Shown here piece by piece: positions 43,001-52,670 of a stretch of DNA of 64,000 nucleotides. The translations under genes were made by a program, and so were the position numbers. Position 1 is the stretch's first letter. Each line of letters opens with the position of its first letter. Origin of the DNA: Antedon mediterranea (Eukaryota; Animalia; Echinodermata). The notes beneath the pieces were generated by a model, which had not been told where the DNA came from, made no database searches, and saw only the letters and a program-made list of their open reading frames with translations. The stretch lies in assembly GCF_964355755.1 (NCBI RefSeq), contig NC_092674.1:5766001-5830000 (forward strand), written 5' to 3'.

Positions 43001-46000
43001 GCTATAGTAACCATTTATATCAGAAAATAAAAGGGTCGAAAATCGGCCATTTTTCGAAAATTTTCCTGTACTATAGTACAGGGATTTTGTCAAAAAATGG
43101 CCGATTTTTTACCTTTTTATTTTTCGATAAAACTGGTTACTATAGCAGAATTGACATGCGCAGAACGCATTATTCGACTCTGCGCATGTTTATTATGCTA
43201 TAGTAACCATTTATGTCAAAAGTGGTTACTATAGCCCAATTGACATGCGCAGAACCCATTATTCGACTCTGCGCATGTTTATTATGCTATAGTAACCATT
43301 TATATCAAAAAATAAAAGGGTCGAAAATCTGCCATTTTTGAAAATTTTCCTGTATATATAGTACAGGGATTTTTTAGAAAATGGCCGATTTTCGACCTTT
43401 TTATTTTTCGATAAAACTGGATACTATAGCACAATTGACATGCGCAGAACGCATTATTCGACTCTGCGCATGTTTATTATGCTATAGTAACCATTTATAT
43501 CAAAAAATAAAAGGGTCGAAAATCTGGCATTTTTAAAAATTTTCCTGTATTATAGTACAGGGATTTTTTTAGAAAATGGCCAATTTTCGATCTTTTTATT
43601 TTTCGATAAAACTTGTTACTATTGCACAATTGACATGCGCAGAACGCATTATTCGACTCTGCGCATGTTTATTAGTCTATGGTAACCATTTATATTAAAA
43701 AATAAAAGGGTGGAAAATCGGCCATTTTTCGTAAATTTCCCTGTACTATAGTACAGGAATTTTTTTAGAAAATGGCCGATTTTCGACCTTTTTATTTTTC
43801 GATAAAACTGGATACTATAGCACAATTGACATGCGCAGAACGCATTATTCGACTCTGCGCATGTTTATTATGCTATAGTAACCATTTATGTCAAAAGTGG
43901 TTACTATAGCCCAATTGACATGCACAGAACGTATTATTCGACTCTGCGCATGTTTATTATGCTATAGTAACCATTTATATCAGAAAATAAAAGGGTCGAA
44001 AATCGGCCATTTTTCGAAAATTTTCCTGTACTATAGTACAGGGATTTTGTCAAAAAATGGCCGATTTTTTACCTTTTTATTTTTCGATAAAACTGGTTAC
44101 TATAGCAGAATTGACATGCGCAGAACGCATTATTCGACTCTGCGCATGTTTATTATGCTATAGTAACCATTTATGTCAAAAGTGGTTACTATAGCCCAAT
44201 TGACATGCGCAGAACCCATTATTCGACTCTGCGCATGTTTATTATGCTATAGTAACCATTTATATCAAAAAATAAAAGGGTCGAAAATCTGCCATTTTTG
44301 AAAATTTTCCTGTATATATAGTACAGGGATTTTTTTAGAAAATGGCCGATTTTCGACCTTTTTATTTTTCGATAAAACTGGATACTATAGCACAATTGAC
44401 ATGCGCAGAACGCATTATTCGACTCTGCGCATGTTTATTATGCTATAGTAACCATTTATATCAAAAAATAAAAGGGTCGAAAATCTGCCATTTTTAAAAA
44501 TTTTCCTGTATTATAGTACAGGAATTTTTTTAGAAAATGGCCAATTTTCGACCTTTTTATTTTTCGATAAAACTTGTTACTATTGCACAATTGACATGCG
44601 CAGAACGCATTATTCGACTCTGCGCATGTTTATTAGTCTATGGTAACCATTTATATTAAAAAATAAAAGGGTGGAAAATCGGCCATTTTTCGTAAATTTC
44701 CCTGTACTATAGTACAGGAATTTTTTTAGAAAATGGCCGATTTTCGACCTTTTTATTTTTCGATAAAACTGGATACTATAGCACAATTGACATGCGCAGA
44801 ACGCATTATTCGACTCTGCGCATGTTTATTATGCTATAGTAACCATTTATGTCAAAAGTGGTTACTATAGCCCAATTGACATGCGCAGAACCCATTATTC
44901 GACTCTGCGCATGTTTATTATGCTATAGTAACCATTTATATAAAAAAGAAAAGGGTCGAAAATCTGCCATTTTTCGAAAATTTTCCTGTACTATAGTACA
45001 GGGATTTTTTTTAAAAAATGGCCGATTTTCGACCTTTTATTTTTCGATAAAACTGGTTACTATAGCACAATTGACATGCGCAGAACCCATTATTCGATTC
45101 TGCGCATGTTTATTACGCTATAGTAACCATTTATATCAGAAAATAAAAGGGTCGAAAATCGCCCATTTTTCGAAAATTTTCCTGTACTATAGTACAGGGA
45201 TTTTGTCAAAAAATGGCCGATTTTTTACCTTTTTATTTTCCGATAAAACTGGTTACTATAGCAGAATTGACATGCGCAGAACCCATTATTCGACTCTGCG
45301 CATGTTTATTATGCTATAGTAACCATTTATGTCAAAAGTGGTTACTATAGCCCAATTGACATGCACAGAACGTATTATTCGACTCTGCGCATGTTTATTA
45401 TGCTATAGTAACCATTTATATCAGAAAATAAAAGGGTTGAAAATCGGCCATTTTTCGAAAATTTTCCTGTACTATAGTACAGGGATTTTGTCAAAAAATG
45501 GCCGATTTTTGACCTTTTTATTTTCGATAAAACTGGTTACTATAGCAGAATTGACATGCGCAGAATGCATTATTCGACTCTGCGCATGTTTATTATGCTA
45601 TAGTAACCATTTATGTCAAAAGTGGTTACTATAGCCCAATTGACATGCGCAGAACCCATTATTCGACTCTGCGCATTTTTATTATGCTATAGTAACCATT
45701 TATATCAAAAAATAAAAGGGTCGAAAATATGCCATTTTTCGAAAATTTTCCTGTACTATAGTACAGGGATTTTTTTTTTAAAATGGCCGATTTTCGACCT
45801 TTTTATTTTTCGATAAAACTGGTTACTATAGCACAATTGACATGCGCAGAACGCATTATTCGACTCTGCGCATGTTTATTATGCTATAGTAACATATATG
45901 TCAAAAGTGGTTACTATAGCACAATTGACATGCGCAGAACCCATTATTCGACTCTGCGCATGTTTATTATGCTATAGTAACCATTTATATCAAAAAATAA

Positions 46001-46425
46001 AAAGGTTAAAAATCGGCCATTTTTCGAAAAAATCCCTGTACTATAGTTAAGGGATTTTTTTTTTAAATGGCCGATTTTCGACCTTTTTATTTTTCGGTAA
46101 AACTGGTTACTATAGCAAATTGACATGCGCAGAACGCATTATTCGACTCTGCGCATGTATATTATGCTATAGTAACCATTTATGTCAAAAGTGGTTACTA
46201 TAGCACAATTGACATGCACAGAACGCATTATTCGACTCTGCGCATGTTTATTATGCTATAGTAACCATTTATATCAAAAAAATAAAAGGGTCGAAAATCG
46301 GTCATTTTTCGAAAATTTCCCGGTACTATAATACAGGGATTTTTTCGAAAAATTGCCGATTTTCGACCTTTTTATTTTCGGTAAAACTGGTTACTATAGC
46401 ACAATTGACATGCGCAAAACGTATT

Positions 46426-47799
46426 TACTTGCTTACTTGTTTACTTACTTGCTTACTTGTTTCCGGAGCTCAGCAATGCTGGGTCCGGAGTCGAGGCTAG
46501 GCTATGCCTATAAGCCCCTCTTGATAATTACATCAACTCTTGAATATGGCGCAAATTTAAGAGGGTGGTTGGACCATGCCCGTTCAAGACCGGACTTAAA
46601 TTGATTGGTTGATCTTGAAGCTACTACATCCTCCGATAACGAATTCCATAATATAATAGCTTTTCGACCAAATGAGTCCCTCATCCAATTTGTGCGTGAG
46701 AACTTAAATTTTAATTTAAAAGAATGACCACGTGTTCTAACATCTTCATCACGCTCAAAAAAAGAATCAGCAGAAATACTATCCACTCCATGTAAAATTT
46801 TAAAAATCTGTATCAAATGAGCTCTTTGCCTTCTGTATGCGAGAGTAGGTAGGTTGAGAATTTTCAGCCTTTCTGAATAAGGTAAATGACGAATGGAAAA
46901 AATAAGCTTGGTGGCACGTTCTTGGACTTTTTCCAATAGGTCTTCCTCCTTACAATGTAGCGAGTTAAAAACAACGTTGCAGTATTCCAAGGTCGGACGA
47001 ATAATAGCTTTATATAAATGAAGAAACCCATCCATATTTAAAAACTTGAAAGCTCGATATACCATGCCCAACTTCCGATTTGCTCTCATTGCTACATCTG
47101 CCACATGTACATTAAAAACAAGTTTAGAGTCAATAGTAACACCGAGGTCTTTTTCATGATCAACTTCATTCAATAAGAAACCACGCATGGCATACAGATG
47201 TTTGTTGTTTTTCTTCCAGAAGTGCATTACTTTGCACTTACCATCGTTAAAAGGTAATTGCCATTTGTCAGACCAGTCACATGCTTTCTCTAAATCTTCT
47301 TGTAGAACTTGAGCATCATTCACAGTGTTAACTACTCTATACAATTTAGTATCATCTGCAAACATGCGTACAGAGGAAGAAATAACAGAAGGTAAATCAT
47401 TTATAAACATAATGAAAAGAACAGGTCCAACGACGCTTCCTTGCGGAATACCACTACGAACATCAGCCCAATCTGAAACACATCCATTGACACTAACCCG
47501 TTGTTGTCTATCGTTAAGAAATTCTTGAAACCAGTTTAGAAGTTTACCTCTAATACCCAATGCACTCATTTTCAGAAGGAGTCTATGATGAGGCACACTA
47601 TCGAAAGCCTTCTTGTAGTCAAGGTAGATACAATCAAAACAATCCTGATTATCAAAATAAGAAAACCAGTTTTCAAGAACATCAAGTAATTGTAAAGCAC
47701 AGGAACGACCTTGCCGGAAACCAAATTGCTCATAACAAATAAGTGAGTGATGTTCAAGAAAGTCCAATAATTCCTTCCTGATAATTCTCTCCATAATTT
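46426..47799 (-). mobile_element. 5'-truncated CR1-like non-LTR retrotransposon
   Basis: RT ORF, short 3' UTR with stem-loop, (AAGT/AAGC)n tail; TATT duplicated at 46422-46425 and 47800-47803. Confidence 0.93.
46508..47794 (-). CDS. LINE ORF2 fragment: reverse transcriptase and C-terminal region (no endonuclease)
   Basis: QFGFRQGRSC, YLDYKKAFDSVPH, SGIPQGSVVGPVLF, MFADDTKLY, EKDLGV, RTRGHSFKL; 428 codons without a stop. Confidence 0.93.
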   Translation of the reverse strand: MERIIRKELLDFLEHHSLICYEQFGFRQGRSCALQLLDVLENWFSYFDNQDCFDCIYLDYKKAFDSVPHHRLLLKMSALGIRGKLLNWFQEFLNDRQQRVSVNGCVSDWADVRSGIPQGSVVGPVLFIMFINDLPSVISSSVRMFADDTKLYRVVNTVNDAQVLQEDLEKACDWSDKWQLPFNDGKCKVMHFWKKNNKHLYAMRGFLLNEVDHEKDLGVTIDSKLVFNVHVADVAMRANRKLGMVYRAFKFLNMDGFLHLYKAIIRPTLEYCNVVFNSLHCKEEDLLEKVQERATKLIFSIRHLPYSERLKILNLPTLAYRRQRAHLIQIFKILHGVDSISADSFFERDEDVRTRGHSFKLKFKFSRTNWMRDSFGRKAIILWNSLSEDVVASRSTNQFKSGLERAWSNHPLKFAPYSRVDVIIKRGL

Positions 47800-49384
47800 T
47801 ATTATTCGACTCTGCGCATGTTTATTATGCTATAGTAACCATTTATGTCAAAAGTGGTTACTATAGCCCAATTGACATGCGCAGAACCCATTATTCGACT
47901 CTGCGCATGTTTATTATGCTATAGTAACCATATATATCAAAAAATAAAAGGGTCGAAAATCGGCCATTTTTCGAAAATTTTCCTGTACTATAGTACACGG
48001 ATTTTTTGTTAAAAAAATGGCCGATTTTCGACTTTTTTATTTTTCGATAAAACTGGTTACTATAGCACAATTGACATGCGCAGAACCCATTATTCGATTC
48101 TGCGCATGTTTATTACGCTATAGTAATCATTTATATCAGAAAATAAAAGGGTCGAAAATCTGCCATTTTTCGAAAATTGTCCTGTACTATATATAGTACA
48201 GGGATTTTGTCAAATAATGGCCGATTTTTGACCTTTTTATTTTCGATAAAACTGGTTACTATAGCACAATTGACATGCGCAGAACGCATTATTCGACTCT
48301 GCGCATGTTTATTATGCTATAGTAACCATTTATGTCAAAAGTGGTTACTATAGCACAATTGACATGCGCAGAACCCATTATTTGACTCTGCGCATGTTTA
48401 TTATGCTATATTAACCATTTATATCAAAAAATAAAAGGGTCGAAAATCGGCCATTTTTAGTAACCAGTTTTATCGAAAGAGTCAAAGTTTTGCCCTTTTT
48501 ACTATGACTCTATATGATGATAACGCAATATATGTGCATAATTATAAGGTAATATAATTGCACAATAATTTTATTTTAAAAACTTGATATTTTGCCCAGC
48601 CATCTTTGAAAAAATCTTCGAAAATTACCAAATTTCGGACCTTTCATTTTTAACATAGCTGGTTATTATGACGCTATAAAATGATGATAACGCAATATAT
48701 TTGGCAATATTATTGCATTGAAGGAAAATTTTCCAAAAATGACAACATTTCGACCCTTTTATTTTTTAAATGTTAGGTTATCTGAGAGTTATTTATATAC
48801 CCGAAAGCTCTGCAATTTCTTTTTGACTGTTTTACTTTATTCTTTTGGTTTAGCTTTTTGCTTAGGTTTTTTATTTGCATCTTCATGAAGATACAACCAC
48901 TGTTATACCTACACTGTTTTTTTTCAATGATTTTCTTTTTTGATTGATATATTATGCGCATATACAGCCATCGCATAATAAGATAATTTTTGAAAAGCCG
49001 ATGTTTTGGTCAAATTTCAAACCTTTTATTTTTTATACATGCGCATATAAAATATTATGCTTATAAATGTTCTGCATATTATTTTTACCAACCACCACAC
49101 ACTACATCCAATGTGCGTACTGTACGTTGCGACGACGCGTTGATGTTACGCAAAGATATAGCGCACTGGTATCTAAGTAACAAGGCAGTATAGAATCTAA
49201 AATAATAACGTGCTTCTCTCTTGAGATTTAATTTTGATTTTTATCTTCTTAAAGCCAGACAATGACTGGATTTGTGAGCCATAGTATTCGTACAGTACCC
49301 CTTGGTGGGGAGCAATGGATCCTAGGTCACGAGTGGTACATGGAGAAGCGAGAACCTTATCAGGTAGCTATATGCTATTACCTC

Positions 49385-49432
49385 ACTCCCTGAGGACGAT
49401 CAAAGCATAATTATTGATCGAAACGTCGAGAA
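49385..49432 (+). ncRNA. Minimal type I hammerhead-ribozyme-like motif in a probable Penelope-like terminal repeat (~49230-49490)
   Basis: CTGAGGA-c-GATCAA(agcataatta)TTGATC-GAAA-CG-TC: conserved core, 6-bp stem II, palindromic ACGT stem III; stem I is weak. Confidence 0.6.
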
Positions 49433-50534
49433 ACTCAACAGTTCTTTTCAGAACTAATATGCCTATACGTGGTGTTCCGCAACATTTATAACAACGTATA
49501 GGCTGTACCTGTATTAAGAGAGTAGGCGTACTCATAAAAAAATCATAATAAAATTAGGGGCGGATCGAGAAATTGCAGATGGGTAAGAGGGGACGGAGGT
49601 TGATGGCATCTTACCCCAACCATGGTGGATATAAGAAGATTGTGGGAGTATTAATTAGGTTCACATAAATTGCACTTGGAACATTTGAAGGGTTAAACAT
49701 TGGACTAACATGATCCAATGGCCAATATGTCAAGCACAAATTCAGATCAGGCCGGGGTTGTTTCATATTTTATCCTATCCTTTAAGTCAAGATCAAAGTT
49801 TGTGCCTGCTGACAATTAAACTAAAGCATAACTGGCCACGTAGAAGTGCATCTTGACGCTTTTGTTTTTGCTATATTAAGAATTCCCTACAAATCAAACG
49901 GGAAAACCTTATCCTATCGATAGATTAATCTATTTGATGAGCGCATTCAGTTATTTAATTACCCGGGTAAAGTTAGTAATAATTAGTCCCTGAAGCCAAC
50001 TTAGCGGGTAAGTTAACTAAGCCTGAACGGGCCCTATCTTTATATTATCTTTATCTTTACTACAATAATGACTTGATTAACTGTTTTGTCTACTTACTTT
50101 AGGCTTGGAAAAACAGTATCTGCAGCAGATTGAACCATATTGGCCGTATGTTAGTGAGTATGCAATATTTTGTGGTTAAAAAAATATATAGATAAGATAA
50201 ATCCGTGTAGCAAACCTCAGATGAAACCTTTTTTTTCTGTTTACAGAATAAATCATTGGCAGAGTATCCAACCATCACAGATTACTCGCCGTATGAAGTA
50301 GGAGCTAAATACAAATTAAAGGACTACAGGAGACAACGATTATAAACCAGTTTTGTTGAAACTATCAATACGAAATAATACTTATATAAGCCTATTGACA
50401 TTTTGTTTTGTTTTTTTTTTTCGATTCTCTTCAAAACGTATTCCTCCTGGTTTGTTTCATTAAAAGGGAATTTTTCGTCTAGTTTAGATCGGTCATGTAC
50501 CGTACAATACATGACATTTAATACATACATTTAA

Positions 50535-51531
50535 TTGTTCGCTTTCCTATTGAAAATACGTTGTTCATTGTTCGTTTGTGAAGATACGTTGTTCATTTTT
50601 CGTTTGTTAAAATACGTTGTTCATTACGTTTGTCAAAATACGTTGTTCATTGCTCGTTTGTCAAATACGTTGTTCATTGCGCGTTTGTCAAATACGTTGT
50701 TCATTACGTTTGTCAAAATACGTTGTTCATTACGTTTGTCAAAATACGTTGGTCATTGCGCGTTTGTCAAAATACGTTATTCATTACGTTTGCGAAAATA
50801 CGTTGTTCATTGCTCGGTTGCCAAAATACGTTGTTGATGTTCATTGGTCGTTTGTAAATATACATTGTTCTTTTGCTCGCTTGTCAAAATACGTTGTTGA
50901 TGTTCATTGGTCGTTTGTAAATATACATTGTTCTTTCGCTCGCTTGTCAAAATACGTTGTTGATGTTCATTGGTCGTTTGTAAATATACATTGTTCTTTC
51001 GCTCGCTTGTCAAAATACGTTGTTGATGTTCATTGGTCGTTTGTAAATATACATTGTTCTTTCGCTCGCTTGCCAAAATACGTTGTTGATGTTCATTGGT
51101 CGTTTGTAAATATACATTGTTCTTTCGCTCGCTTGTCAAAATACGTTGTTGATGTTCATTGGTCGTTTGTAAATATACATTGTTCTTTCGCTCGCTTGTC
51201 AAAATACGTTGTTGATGTTCATTGGTCGTTTGTAAATATACATTGTTCTTTCGCTCGCTTGTCAAAATACGTTGTTGATGTTCATTGGTCGTTTGTAAAT
51301 ATACATTGTTCTTTTGCTCGCTTGTCAAAATACGTTGTTGATGTTCATTGGTCGTTTGTAAATATACATTGTTCTTTTGCTCGCTTGTCAAAATACGTTG
51401 TTGATGTTCATTGGTCGTTTGTAAATATACATTGTTCTTTTGGTCGCTTGTCAAAATACGTTGTTGATGTTCATTGGTCGTTTGTAAATATACATTGTTC
51501 TTTTGCTCGCTTGCCAAAATACGTTGTTCAT
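50535..51531. repeat. Minisatellite: ~27-29-bp monomers (50535-50811) grading into ~11.4 near-identical 63-bp units
   Basis: Unit GCTCGCTTGTCAAAATACGTTGTTGATGTTCATTGGTCGTTTGTAAATATACATTGTTCTTTC; 21-aa periodicity in ORFs on both strands. Confidence 0.95.
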
Positions 51532-52394
51532 TTTTAAACACAGGGAAGACACAATGATATTTTGCATTCATTTATTAATTCCATTCTATTGAATTACACA
51601 TACACAACTTCGCGACCACACTACCTCTTAAAAAAGGTTTCCTCTGCTTTTTGTTTATTTAACGAAAAGTGTCTCGTAACAGGAATTTCCCAAGCCCACC
51701 CCCCCCCCCCCCGAAGAGTGGAGATGGTTCTATTGTATGTATGAATAAATGAATATTGTGTTTACAATTTAATATAATGCAATACTGTATATTTTTAGTT
51801 TATAGACAATTATAAATCAAGGTGTTAAACATTTGTTTATGGACTACTATCATGGAATGTTACAAGCAATGAATACAATAACTATACTATATACGAAAGA
51901 ATAATGGAAAATCACAGGAACTTAAGATGCAACAACTTTACGAATTTCAAACTTAGGTTTAGAATTAAGATATCAGATATATATTTATTCGTCCAATAAT
52001 TTTGGAATGAACATTTAATCATTTTGTTATATATCAACCATAGGATTAAAAATAAACCCATGCTTATGAGGCTTTAATAATAGTTGTCTTGTGACAAAAA
52101 TTGAAACCAGGACCAGAACATGTTAACTAACAAATTACAGTCTCAAAACCTTTGGTATCAGACCTAATTTATATGTTTAATAAATAAATAAACCTGTTTT
52201 TCTTTTCATTTTAAAGTAAAACTGTCCACAAAGAAAAAATATTAATCAATCACAGAGCTTATATAAGATGGAATAAGAAAAATAGTTTCAACTGCCTTCT
52301 TAAATTGCGTGTTCTGCTGTCCTGTTTAGTATTTTGAATCCACTAATCTCTCATCCTTTTTAAACACACTAATCTTTTTAATCGCTCATCCCTT

Positions 52395-52670
52395 TTAAAC
52401 ACTCTTTAAGAATAAAGCAGCCCCAGTCTGTATCCATATCTCCTGATTGCCACTGCAGGGTAGCGTCAGTTTGGTGACTATCTTTTCCCTCTCAGCAGAG
52501 AAGTACACAGGCAGCGAGATGCATTCACTGGGGTTATACGGATCTCCCATATCCTTGGGTACCCATGCCACGGTACAGCCTGGGACAGAAGAGACGCTAG
52601 GAGAATTAGGCTGGTTACTGGTCAACTGGCTGCCATCGAATGTACAGCCTTCCAGTTGAAGACCTCCAAT
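52395..52670 (-). CDS. DYNC2H1: DYNC2H1 terminal coding exon
   Basis: IGGLQLEGCTFDG...ISLPVYFSAERE...GAALFLKSV*. Confidence 0.94.
   Translation of the reverse strand: MGGLQLEGCTFDGSQLTSNQPNSPSVSSVPGCTVAWVPKDMGDPYNPSECISLPVYFSAEREKIVTKLTLPCSGNQEIWIQTGAALFLKSV

Larger units (their letters stand above)
34406..48478. repeat. ~14-kb complex palindromic satellite (74-bp hairpin unit + 15-bp or ~123-bp palindromic spacer), interrupted by a LINE
   Basis: Unit GGTTACTATAGC-acaattga-CATGCGCAGA-acccattattcgac-TCTGCGCATG-tttattat-GCTATAGTAACC; periods of 89, ~197 and 286 bp; repeated ORF offsets of 3830-3831 and 960 bp. Diverged units extend to ~34200 and ~49030. Confidence 0.97.

Noticed and set aside
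34636-46126. Many repeated ORFs (MSKVVTIAQLTC...)
   Set aside because: Translations of satellite units, with frameshifts at homopolymer runs and no domain or splice structure.
34406-48478. CRISPR-like array (palindromic repeat + spacers) next to a reverse transcriptase
   Set aside because: Spacers are two recurring types rather than unique sequences, there are no cas genes, the context is eukaryotic, and the RT is an ordinary truncated CR1-type LINE.
50617-51571. 306-aa and 254-aa ORFs on opposite strands
   Set aside because: By-product of a 63-bp (3n) tandem unit without stops; no coding evidence.
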